DNA from: a virus
Length of the DNA stretch: 64,000 bases
Reading direction: 5' to 3' (one strand)
IMG/VR virus record: IMGVR_UViG_3300015244_001866
Location: 27,952 to 91,951 of that record
The notes under the pieces were generated by a model, which was given only the letters and a program-made list of their open reading frames with translations, searched no databases and was not told the origin of the DNA. Both the position numbers and the translations under genes were made by a program. This document shows positions 1-9,606 of the stretch, in pieces. Every line of letters begins with the position of its first letter. The stretch's first letter is position 1.

Positions 1-2045
1 TTGGTTATCTTTCACTGGCAACAAACAGTGGTGGTCAAAGTAATACCGCAATTGGCGGAAATGCCTTAAGATTTAATACAACTGGCAATGGCAACGTAGC
101 AATTGGCTACACTGCCTTACAAGGAAACACTACCGGTAGCAACAACTTTGCAGTCGGTTGCTGTGCTATGAAGTCTGGTGCAAATACTGGATGGAATAAT
201 ACAGCGTTTGGTTACGGTGCGCTGTTTGCCAACATATCCGGGTGTAATAACGTTGCTATTGGATCGAATGCATTAAATTTAAACACTGGCGGCAGCAATA
301 ATATTGCTATCGGGTGTAAAGCATTGTGTTGTAATACAACTGGTAGACATAATCTTGCATTAGGGTCTTTTGCTCTTGGTGCAAACAATGATGGCGTTGA
401 TAACATTGCCCTCGGTAACTGCTCGTTATATGCAAACATCAGCGGTTGTGGTAATATTGCAATAGGTTATGGAACATTAAAATCCACCACCACCAGCAAC
501 AACAACATTGCAATTGGAAGTGGCTCACAATGTTCTTTTGTTGGAACTGTGGGAAGTAATATAGCCATAGGCTGCGGAACTCTCAAGTGCAACACTACTG
601 GTTTTAGTAACACGGCTATTGGCACAGGGGCACTACGAGATCAGACTTTTGCAACAGAAAATACCGCAGTAGGATACGGTGCAATGAGTAGCAATCTCAC
701 TGGCACCGGCAACGTTGCAGTCGGAGTCTGCGCACTAAATTCAAACCAAAGTGGTTTTAGTAACACAGCTATTGGTTCTTACGCCCTGAACAAAAATCTT
801 AGCGGCCACTCTCATGTAGCAATGGGCTCATACGCATTACAATGTCAAACTGGCGGATCTCACAACATTGCTTTAGGATTTGCATCTGCTAACTCAAGTA
901 CAACTGCTTGTTTTAATATTTCGTTAGGGTCGTATGCGTTAAATGATAATTGTACAGGAAATAATAATATTGGTTTAGGCTATCGATCACTGTTTAACAC
1001 ATTAAATGTTTCTTGCAATATGGGTATTGGCGTAGAAACATTATTTGATAATACAACTGGGGTTGGAAACATAGCCATAGGGTATCGGTCAGGATGTGCA
1101 ATTACTACAGGTAGTTACAATGTGGTCATTGGTGGCAGTACTGGTAGCGGTATAGCGGCAAGTAATTGTAACATCATTATTTCTGATGGCTTTGGCACTG
1201 AAAGAATTACTGTTTCTTCTACAGGTACAGTTTCAATTACATCTGCACTACAGAGCACCAGTTCAGTAGCGGGTAACGCACTGGTGGTTACAGGCGGTGT
1301 AGGTGTACAGGGCAGTCTGTATGTCGATGGTCCTGTTAATTTTAATAACAATGTTATATTTGGCGGAACCAGCACCTATGTGCTCAGTACTAATACAGTC
1401 TATACTGACAATGTCATTGAGTTACACGCTCCGGGATCTGTGAGCAACACCTGGTCAGTTGATGACGGTAAAGACATTGGCCTAAGAATACACTACTATT
1501 CAGGCGCAGATAAAAATGGTGCACTGGTATTAGCCAATAATTCAAAATATCTAGAATGGTATAGTGATGCTACAGAAAGTATCACAGGCACCTTTACCAA
1601 CAGAACTTATGGTACTTTCAAGACCGGCGGCATTCAATTAGTAGGCGGAACCAGTTCTACTTCAGTGACCACAGGTGATCTAACAGTTACTGGCGGTGTT
1701 GGAGTAGCCAAGAATTTATATGTAAATGGCAGTTTGATATTAAATGGTGCACCTGTTACCACACAGCAGGCCCTAAACACCTATGAATTTACTGCCACCA
1801 GCGGGCAGACAAGTTTTCCAATCTCTGGAGGTTACAGTGTAAGTCAAATTGAAGTATTCAGTAACGGTGTGTTAATGAATTCGGGAGACTATACTGCTAC
1901 AAACGGATCGACGGTGGTCTTTACTTCAGGTAGAATTAGTGGCGATATTGTACAGATACGTACATTTAACACCTTTACAGTGGCCAGTTCTGTAATGGCC
2001 AGTGTGGCCTATGCAACGGCCATTTCAACAGCTATGGCAATGTGA
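1..2045 (+). CDS. Tail-fibre-like structural protein with Cys-rich GxNxAIG beta-roll (YadA-head-like) repeats; 5'-truncated by the window
   Basis: The frame is open from position 3 (GYLSLATNSGGQSNTAIG...), so the ATG at 168 is internal. It has ~17-aa NxAIG repeats, two 'ALVVTGGVGV/LTVTGGVGV' shaft motifs, a C-terminal 'FTATSGQTSF..VFSNGVLM..DYTATNG' domain and an Ala-rich C-terminus. Confidence 0.8.
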   Translation, partial: GYLSLATNSGGQSNTAIGGNALRFNTTGNGNVAIGYTALQGNTTGSNNFAVGCCAMKSGANTGWNNTAFGYGALFANISGCNNVAIGSNALNLNTGGSNNIAIGCKALCCNTTGRHNLALGSFALGANNDGVDNIALGNCSLYANISGCGNIAIGYGTLKSTTTSNNNIAIGSGSQCSFVGTVGSNIAIGCGTLKCNTTGFSNTAIGTGALRDQTFATENTAVGYGAMSSNLTGTGNVAVGVCALNSNQSGFSNTAIGSYALNKNLSGHSHVAMGSYALQCQTGGSHNIALGFASANSSTTACFNISLGSYALNDNCTGNNNIGLGYRSLFNTLNVSCNMGIGVETLFDNTTGVGNIAIGYRSGCAITTGSYNVVIGGSTGSGIAASNCNIIISDGFGTERITVSSTGTVSITSALQSTSSVAGNALVVTGGVGVQGSLYVDGPVNFNNNVIFGGTSTYVLSTNTVYTDNVIELHAPGSVSNTWSVDDGKDIGLRIHYYSGADKNGALVLANNSKYLEWYSDATESITGTFTNRTYGTFKTGGIQLVGGTSSTSVTTGDLTVTGGVGVAKNLYVNGSLILNGAPVTTQQALNTYEFTATSGQTSFPISGGYSVSQIEVFSNGVLMNSGDYTATNGSTVVFTSGRISGDIVQIRTFNTFTVASSVMASVAYATAISTAMAM

Positions 2046-2046
2046 G

Positions 2047-2052
2047 TAAATA
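2047..2052 (+). promoter_or_regulatory. T4-like late promoter core TAAATA
   Basis: TAAATA in the intergenic gap, followed by an AAGGA Shine-Dalgarno (SD) and ATG 2082. The same motif recurs in most intergenic gaps of the late region. Confidence 0.6.
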
Positions 2053-2081
2053 TATGAATATGGACAAGGAAATAAACTAAA

Positions 2082-5000
2082 ATGCCTGTTTCACCAAGTA
2101 ATCCGTTATCAACACTGTTTAATTCTGGTGGACAGGCCTGTGTAAGAGACTCTACAGTTTCAACAGGAACCACCACTGGTGCTCTTACGGTTGTAGGTGG
2201 TGTAGGTGTTGGCGGTAATCTAAACGTTGGCTGCCAACTGACTGTGGGCTATGGCGCCTTAAGAAGGAGTACAGGGCTAGCCAATCTAGCCATAGGTACC
2301 TGTGCATTATATTGCAACATTACCGGAGGCAATAATGTTGCAATTGGATGTAACGCATTAAGTGCTAACTTGTGCGGCAATAACAACATTGCCATAGGCA
2401 CCGGTACATTAAGATTAAATATTCACGGTTCAAATAACCTTGCCATTGGATGCTTTGCACTAACAAATAATACCACAGGTTGTAGCAACGTTGCTATCGG
2501 AGCCTTCGCACTTTATTCAAATACAACTGGTATTGACAATATTGCTATTGGTACTTCGGCATTATTCTGTAATAGTGGTGCTGGTGGTTTTCAAAACATC
2601 GGAATAGGTCAATTTGCTCTTTATAGGTCCACGTCTGGCATTGGCAACGTTGCCATTGGTGCATGTGCTCTTCTATGTTATCAAGGCGGAGGGGCAGATG
2701 GCATGGTTGCAGTTGGTTATCTTGCCGCCGCTCTTGCAAGAGGCGGTTGTCAAAATGTTGCAGTTGGTTCACAAGCTCTCTATTGTATCACTGATGGTTG
2801 TAAAAACGTTGCAATTGGTACTAGTGCTCTTGCATACGCTTGTAATAATAGCAACAATACCGCAATTGGTACTAGTGCTCTCCTCTATAATTGCAACAAC
2901 AACAATACCGCAATTGGTTCTCAAGCACTCTGTTATAATACTTTTGGCCATAGTAACGTTGCTATTGGTAACGGTGCATTGTCTTCCAATACTAATGGTA
3001 GTTATAATATTGGTATTGGCCTTGGTGCTGGAAGCGCAATTACTACTGGATCTTTTAATGTTGTCATAGGCTCAACATCAAGCAGTCAAATTGCTACAGG
3101 CAGTTGCTATGTGGTCATAGCTGACGGTACTGGTACTGTTCGACAAGTATGGTCCGGTACCGGTGCTCTAAGCATAGGCCCAACTTATACTAATGTAGGT
3201 ACTAGCGGACAGGTATTATGCAGTCAAGGACCTGGTAGTCCTCCTGCCTGGGCCACTGTCAGTGCTGGCGGCGGCATAGGTTCTGCACTGCCAACATCAA
3301 CTGGTACAGTATTTGCCTATACACCGATAACAAATTGTAATATTTCTTTAGGTTATTGTTCTGGTAATATCACTACCACTGGTAATAATAATATTGCCAT
3401 AGGTGTCTGTGCTCTAGTGGCCAATACCACTGGGTACGGAAACGTTGCGATTGGCGGCTGTGGTTCACTGAGTTTAAACAACACTGGTTATCAAAACGTT
3501 GCAATAGGCCAATATAGTTTATGTGCCAATACTTTTGGTCATAATAACGTTGCCATCGGCGCCCGTGCTCTATATAATAATGCTAGCGGTAATTATAACA
3601 TAGGCATAGGATATTATGCGTATTCTGGCATTAACGGCAATAGCAATATTGCTATTGGTAATATTACTCAGTTTGGTGGTGGCGGAGGTGGTTATGGAAA
3701 TATTTCGCTAGGCGACTGCACATTACGGAACAACACTGCCGGCTGTCATAATTTTGCAGTCGGCTTGAATGCCCTTTATAATAATACAACCGGTTTACAT
3801 AACTTTGCTGTTGGTTACTGCACACTGCATGCCAACACAGGAGGCAGTAGCAACGTAGCAATTGGTCTATGTTCGCTACGTGCAAATATTGCCGGAAATA
3901 GTAACATTGCTATCGGCGAATTGGCATTATTCTGCAATATTACTAGCCATAATATTGCATTGGGTTATCGCACCCTTTACTCTAACACAGGCGGTAATCT
4001 TAATATTGCTATAGGATGTTGTGCTTTATATGCCAATGTCACTGGCATTAGTAATCTTGCCATCGGCCATCACGCACTTGCTTCAAACGTTTCTGGTTGT
4101 GCTAATATTGCCATCGGAACTTGTGCTTTATATTGCAATAGCTATGGAATACGAAACTTGGCTCTGGGACAAGGCGCATTACAGGCTAATATCAGTGGAT
4201 GCCAAAACACCGCAATTGGACATACTGCACTGTGTTCAAACGTCTCTGGAACACATAATGTTGCTATCGGTAATGCCGCAGGCGAAGGTATACTCGGAGG
4301 TAAAAATGTTGCCATAGGACCATATACACTCCAAGATTCTGGTCTTAATTCCAGCAATATAGCCATTGGTTATGGCTCTTTACAAAAATCTGTTAGTAGT
4401 TGCGGCAACGTTGCTATTGGCGACAGTTCGTTGAGATGCAATTTAACTGGCTGTGCCAACGTTGCTATCGGACACTCTGCACTAACTAATAATCAAGCTG
4501 GTTGCAATAACGTTGCCATTGGATATCACACTCTTTACTGTAATACTGGGGGAAGTCGCAATGTAGTAATAGGCCTTAGTGCTGGATGCTTTATTACTAC
4601 AGGCTCATATAATGTAGTCATTGGTAATACAGCCACAGGTGAGTTATCTACGGCCAGTTGCTATGTGGTCATAGCTGATGGACGCGGTTGTATTAGAGAG
4701 GTATGGTCGGGTACTGGTGCACTAAGCGTTGGTGCCAGCTACACCAACGTAGGTACTAGCGGACAGGTATTATGCAGTCAGGGACCTGGTAGTCCTCCTG
4801 CCTGGGCTACTGTCAGTGTTAATGTGGGTATAGGTAGTGCAACCCCAACTACCACTGGCACTGTGTATGCTTATACACCCGTTACAAATTGTAATATTTC
4901 TCTAGGCTACTGCTCAGGTAACGTTACTACCACTGGCGCACATAACGTTGCCATAGGTAAAGGTGCGTTAATTGCCAACACTACTGGCAAAAACAACATT

Positions 5001-8000
5001 GCCATTGGTTGTGCGGCATTATTCTGCAATACTTCTGGAATTAATAACATTGCATTAGGCCAGTATGGTTTGTGTGCTAATACTACTGGCGAAAATAACT
5101 TTGGCGCAGGTTATGGTGTTCTTACCTGCAACACCTCAGGCTCTAATAACATTGCTATTGGCTGTGGTACATTAAAATCCAATACCACAGGCTCTAATAA
5201 CATTGCATTAGGCCGGTTTAGTTTATGTATTAATACTACCGGCTCAAATAACTTTGCCGCTGGATACGGTACTCTTAGAACTAATACTGGTTCTCAAAAT
5301 ATTGCCATTGGATTCTGTGCCCTTGCCGCTAATATAACCGGTACTAATAATTTTGCACTGGGTCATCAAGCACTAGCCGCAAATACTAGTGGTAGTAATA
5401 ACGTTGCCATAGGCACTGGTACACTGGCCGCAAACACGCTAGGTACTGACAATTTTGCCATGGGATATCTGTCACTATGCAGTAACACCAGCGGCAGTAA
5501 TAATATTGCTCTAGGTAACTCTGCGTTACTATCAAATACTATCGGATCTCATAACTTTGCAGCCGGTAATTTAGCACTAAGAAATAACTCAACCGGCATA
5601 AGCAACACAGCTATTGGTCAATTTGCCCTCTACAATAATACCACTGGCGTTAATAACACCGCTATTGGTGCTTGTTCTCTCTACAATAATACTATTGGAA
5701 CAAGCAATGTTGCTATTGGTGTTGGCTCTCTCCAATGTAATACCACCGGTATTGATAATACTGCTATTGGTTGTCTTGCACTCTTTTCTAACACAAGCGG
5801 TATTAATAATATAGCATTAGGAAACACGGCACTAAGGAATAATACCACAGGTGTTAATAATATTGCCATAGGTACCGGTACACTGGCCGCAAATACCCTA
5901 GGCTCAAATAACTTTGCCGCTGGATGTCTTGCCCTTTGTTCAAATATCTCTGGTAATAGTAATTTTGCAGTAGGTGCTAGTGCGTTAAAATCAAATACTA
6001 GCGGTAACAATAATATTGCCATTGGTACCGGTACACTGGCCGCAAATACCCTAGGCTCAAATAACTTTGCCGCTGGATGTCTTGCCCTTTGTTCAAATAT
6101 CTCTGGTAATAGTAATTTTGCAGTAGGTGCTAGTGCGTTAAAATCAAATACTAGCGGTAACAATAATATTGCCATTGGTGGCTTTGCCCTCAGTTGTACT
6201 AATACTGGTTCTCATAATACTGCTCTAGGTACTGGTACACTTCAATATGGTTCAACCGGTTGCAACAATTTTGCCGTAGGCTGTCAAGCCCTTAATAATG
6301 CCTGCGGATCCAATAATTTTGCAGTGGGACCAGGAGTCTTATACGGATGTAATGTTAGCTATGGCGCAACTAACACAGGCAATAACAATATAGGTATTGG
6401 TTATCAAACATTACTTTTTACTCAAGCTGGTAATAATAATGTTGGTTTTGGATGTAGCGTATTAAGATATAATACTGCTGGGTCAAGTAATATTGCCATA
6501 GGCGCCTGCGCACTTGTTTTCAACTGTGCATCTAATAATATTGCCATAGGCAGTAGTACTTTATATTCAAATACTATAGGTACAAATAATATTGCTTTTG
6601 GAAATCAGGCGCTGACTAAGAATACAACTGGATGTAGTAACGTAGCTATCGGAGCCTGCGCACTTTTTTGCAATACCATTGGAAATAATAACACCGCTAT
6701 TGGGTGTAATGCATTGTGTTTTAATACCACAGGTATTAATAATATTGCCATTGGCAACGGTTCATTAACTGCCAACACTATCGGCTACGGTAACACAGCG
6801 TTGGGAAGTCAAGCATTATTCTGCAATACTACAGGCAAGAATAACGTTGCTATCGGCACTGAGGCACTATGTCTAAACATTACCGGTATTAATAACGTTG
6901 CAATTGGAAATCTTGCATTAAGATGTAACTGTGCCTCTAATAACGTTGCAATAGGTATTAACGTCCTAGCTAAAAATACCGTAGGTTGTAGTAACTTTGG
7001 CGCTGTTCAAGGCGCATTATACGGTAACCTAACAGGTTGTAACAATACCGCTATTGGTCTATGCGCTTTATGTGCTAACACCTACGGTCATAACAACGTT
7101 GCCATTGGTTCAATAGCAATGTGTCTTAACACCAGCGGTTCAGATAACTTTGCTGTTGGATTTAATTCACTAGGTGCAAACTTAACCGGAACTAGTAACG
7201 TAGCAATTGGCAGCTATGCGTTGTCCGGTAACCAAAACGGTATTCAAAACGTTGCAATCGGCAAATGTGCAATGCAGTCTGCGGTTGGTGGCTTACGAAA
7301 CGTAGCAATTGGCGAACAGGCATTGACCTTTAATTGCGGCAACTATAACTTTGCTGTCGGTTATCAAGCGTTGTACTTTAACTTAACTGGTAACAATAAC
7401 TTTGCTGTTGGCTATCAAGCATTGTTCAATAATAAAATTGGAAACAATAACATTGCTATAGGGTGTGCGCTATGTGCTAACACAGCTGGTAACTATAACG
7501 TTGCACTTGGACTGTGTGCATTAAATTCTAACACGACTGGTAATAGTAATTTTGCAGTAGGTGCTAGTGCGTTAGTATCAAATACTAGCGGTAACAATAA
7601 TATTGCCATAGGCACTGGCACATTGTCCGCAAATACCCTGGGCTCAAATAACTTTGCCGCTGGATGCCTTGCCCTTTGTTCAAATATTTCTGGTTGTAGC
7701 AATGTTGCTATAGGTTTTTGTGCATTAACTGCCAATACTACCGGTGTTGGTAATCTAGCATTAGGATATGGTGCATTAAAAACCAACGTCAGCGGATGTG
7801 CAAATACCGCAATTGGCTGTCTTGCACTATCATTAAACAACTCAGGTGTTAATAATATTGCCATTGGAGATAAGGCGTTATGCACTAATACCTACGGTGG
7901 TAATAACATAGCTATTGGTTGTGCCGCATTGATATTAAACACCACAGGATGCAATAATATAGCGTTAGGATGGGCGTCGTTATCAAACAACACTAGCGGA

Positions 8001-9569
8001 AATAATAACATAGGCATCGGTTTCTTTGCAGGTATAAGCAATAAGACTGGCAATAATAATATAGCCATTGGTTGTCTTGCCCTCTGTGGAAATACAGCCA
8101 GCAATAATATTGCATTAGGCACGTGTGCTCTAAGATGCAATCTAACTGGTTGTGATAACATTGCAATAGGCTATGGCGCACTACTTTTAAATACCTACGG
8201 TAATAATAATACTGCCATTGGTTGCTACACCCTCTGCGCCAATACTACTGGTTGTCATAACACTGCTATTGGCGCAGGTGCGCTTCGTGCAAATACCTCT
8301 GGAAGAAACAACATTGCCATAGGCACTGGTACACTGGCCGCAAATACCCTAGGCTCAAATAACTTTGCCGCAGGTTGTAAAGCACTGGGCAACAATTCTA
8401 CTGGTTGTAGCAATGTTGCTATAGGTTTTTGTGCATTAATATCAAACACCACTGGAAGTAATAATACAGCTATTGGCTACGGTTCATTAAGTACAAATAC
8501 CAGCGGCACTGATAATATTGCCATAGGATTTGGCGCACTTCGTTTAAATAATGCCGGCGCTAATAATGTAGCGTTAGGACAAACTGCCCTATGTAATAAC
8601 ACATCTGGGGGGAATAATGTAGCCATTGGATACGGTACGTTAAAATGTAATACTACTAATTATAATAACATTGCTATTGGTTGTAAAGCATTAAACTGCG
8701 CTACTGGTCAAAATAACATAGCATTTGGCGTATGTGCAGGCTACTGGATCAATACTGGTTCAAACAATGTAGTCATAGGCGGTACAGGCACTATAGAACT
8801 GGCCAATAGCTGTTGCTATGTGGTCCTAGCTGATGGCACTGGAACAGTTAAGCAGGTATGGTCAGGTACAGGTGCTCTAAGTGTTGGTGCTAGTTACACC
8901 AATGTAGGTACCACAGGTCAAGTATTATGCAGTCAAGGACCTGGACTACCTCCTGCCTGGGCCACAGTCAGTGCTGGAACCAGTCTAAGTCCAACTACAG
9001 GTACTATCAACCTTTCAGAACAGATTGTTAATGCGGCAACTACTACTTTTGCCATTGTAGGCGGCTACAGTGTAGGAAAAATACAGGTATTTGCCAACGG
9101 TATTAATTTGGCCAACAACGATTTTACCGCTACTGACGGTACCTACGTGGTATTAAACAGGGCAAGAAACGTTAATGATGTCATGCGATTTCAAGCATTT
9201 ACAAATGGCTTTTCATCTACTAGTACCGCAGTTTATTCTGTAAATGAGTTTCCGGCATCGGCAAATCAAAGTGTATTTACTGCCACTTACAACGTTGGGG
9301 CAACTGAAGTATTTTTAAACGGTATACAGCTTGCTCAATCTGATTATGCCGCGGCAAACGGAACAACCATTGTTCTAACAACGGGATCTGGAGTAGTTGC
9401 AGGATCTAGATTGCGGGTTATGAGTTTTAACACCTTAAATGTTGTAGGAGCTCTGCCATTATCTGGCGGAACTGTAGTGGGAACAGTAAATGTTCAAGGA
9501 ACCCTACAACAACAAGGAACACCTATATTAGCCCTACAGGCAGCCATGTCGCTGGCTTTGGGTAGTTAA
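2082..9569 (+). CDS. Giant (2495 aa) long tail-fibre-like protein with Cys-rich 17-aa NIAIG repeats
   Basis: Roughly 100 or more GxNNxAIGxxALxxNTT repeats in three blocks. Each block ends in a conserved 'CYVVIADG..QVWSGTGALS..GQVLCSQGPGSPPAWATVS' module. There are two C-terminal 'VFxNGIxLxxxDxxAxxGT' domains. Confidence 0.8.
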   Translation: MPVSPSNPLSTLFNSGGQACVRDSTVSTGTTTGALTVVGGVGVGGNLNVGCQLTVGYGALRRSTGLANLAIGTCALYCNITGGNNVAIGCNALSANLCGNNNIAIGTGTLRLNIHGSNNLAIGCFALTNNTTGCSNVAIGAFALYSNTTGIDNIAIGTSALFCNSGAGGFQNIGIGQFALYRSTSGIGNVAIGACALLCYQGGGADGMVAVGYLAAALARGGCQNVAVGSQALYCITDGCKNVAIGTSALAYACNNSNNTAIGTSALLYNCNNNNTAIGSQALCYNTFGHSNVAIGNGALSSNTNGSYNIGIGLGAGSAITTGSFNVVIGSTSSSQIATGSCYVVIADGTGTVRQVWSGTGALSIGPTYTNVGTSGQVLCSQGPGSPPAWATVSAGGGIGSALPTSTGTVFAYTPITNCNISLGYCSGNITTTGNNNIAIGVCALVANTTGYGNVAIGGCGSLSLNNTGYQNVAIGQYSLCANTFGHNNVAIGARALYNNASGNYNIGIGYYAYSGINGNSNIAIGNITQFGGGGGGYGNISLGDCTLRNNTAGCHNFAVGLNALYNNTTGLHNFAVGYCTLHANTGGSSNVAIGLCSLRANIAGNSNIAIGELALFCNITSHNIALGYRTLYSNTGGNLNIAIGCCALYANVTGISNLAIGHHALASNVSGCANIAIGTCALYCNSYGIRNLALGQGALQANISGCQNTAIGHTALCSNVSGTHNVAIGNAAGEGILGGKNVAIGPYTLQDSGLNSSNIAIGYGSLQKSVSSCGNVAIGDSSLRCNLTGCANVAIGHSALTNNQAGCNNVAIGYHTLYCNTGGSRNVVIGLSAGCFITTGSYNVVIGNTATGELSTASCYVVIADGRGCIREVWSGTGALSVGASYTNVGTSGQVLCSQGPGSPPAWATVSVNVGIGSATPTTTGTVYAYTPVTNCNISLGYCSGNVTTTGAHNVAIGKGALIANTTGKNNIAIGCAALFCNTSGINNIALGQYGLCANTTGENNFGAGYGVLTCNTSGSNNIAIGCGTLKSNTTGSNNIALGRFSLCINTTGSNNFAAGYGTLRTNTGSQNIAIGFCALAANITGTNNFALGHQALAANTSGSNNVAIGTGTLAANTLGTDNFAMGYLSLCSNTSGSNNIALGNSALLSNTIGSHNFAAGNLALRNNSTGISNTAIGQFALYNNTTGVNNTAIGACSLYNNTIGTSNVAIGVGSLQCNTTGIDNTAIGCLALFSNTSGINNIALGNTALRNNTTGVNNIAIGTGTLAANTLGSNNFAAGCLALCSNISGNSNFAVGASALKSNTSGNNNIAIGTGTLAANTLGSNNFAAGCLALCSNISGNSNFAVGASALKSNTSGNNNIAIGGFALSCTNTGSHNTALGTGTLQYGSTGCNNFAVGCQALNNACGSNNFAVGPGVLYGCNVSYGATNTGNNNIGIGYQTLLFTQAGNNNVGFGCSVLRYNTAGSSNIAIGACALVFNCASNNIAIGSSTLYSNTIGTNNIAFGNQALTKNTTGCSNVAIGACALFCNTIGNNNTAIGCNALCFNTTGINNIAIGNGSLTANTIGYGNTALGSQALFCNTTGKNNVAIGTEALCLNITGINNVAIGNLALRCNCASNNVAIGINVLAKNTVGCSNFGAVQGALYGNLTGCNNTAIGLCALCANTYGHNNVAIGSIAMCLNTSGSDNFAVGFNSLGANLTGTSNVAIGSYALSGNQNGIQNVAIGKCAMQSAVGGLRNVAIGEQALTFNCGNYNFAVGYQALYFNLTGNNNFAVGYQALFNNKIGNNNIAIGCALCANTAGNYNVALGLCALNSNTTGNSNFAVGASALVSNTSGNNNIAIGTGTLSANTLGSNNFAAGCLALCSNISGCSNVAIGFCALTANTTGVGNLALGYGALKTNVSGCANTAIGCLALSLNNSGVNNIAIGDKALCTNTYGGNNIAIGCAALILNTTGCNNIALGWASLSNNTSGNNNIGIGFFAGISNKTGNNNIAIGCLALCGNTASNNIALGTCALRCNLTGCDNIAIGYGALLLNTYGNNNTAIGCYTLCANTTGCHNTAIGAGALRANTSGRNNIAIGTGTLAANTLGSNNFAAGCKALGNNSTGCSNVAIGFCALISNTTGSNNTAIGYGSLSTNTSGTDNIAIGFGALRLNNAGANNVALGQTALCNNTSGGNNVAIGYGTLKCNTTNYNNIAIGCKALNCATGQNNIAFGVCAGYWINTGSNNVVIGGTGTIELANSCCYVVLADGTGTVKQVWSGTGALSVGASYTNVGTTGQVLCSQGPGLPPAWATVSAGTSLSPTTGTINLSEQIVNAATTTFAIVGGYSVGKIQVFANGINLANNDFTATDGTYVVLNRARNVNDVMRFQAFTNGFSSTSTAVYSVNEFPASANQSVFTATYNVGATEVFLNGIQLAQSDYAAANGTTIVLTTGSGVVAGSRLRVMSFNTLNVVGALPLSGGTVVGTVNVQGTLQQQGTPILALQAAMSLALGS
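5871..6179 (+). repeat. Perfect 153-bp tandem duplication (3 x 17-codon units) inside the fibre gene
   Basis: 5871-6023 is repeated at 6024-6176. The protein shows GTGTLAANTLGSNNFAAGCLALCSNISGNSNFAVGASALKSNTSGNNNIAI twice. Confidence 0.9.
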
Positions 9570-9606
9570 TATAGATAAGTAATAGAAATATTGGAGATTT
9601 TTAGTT

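Noticed and set aside
2082-9569. Codon reassignment explaining the Cys excess
   Set aside because: TGT/TGC occur at expected Cys positions in core proteins (HNH CxxC, carbamoyltransferase LNC), and genes end normally in TAA or TGA without fragmentation. TAG use cannot be judged from this window.
2082-9569. Bacterial trimeric autotransporter adhesins (i.e. a bacterial chromosome locus)
   Set aside because: No signal peptide or YadA membrane anchor. One paralogue has a phage S74 chaperone, and the flanking genes are T4-like virion and replication genes.
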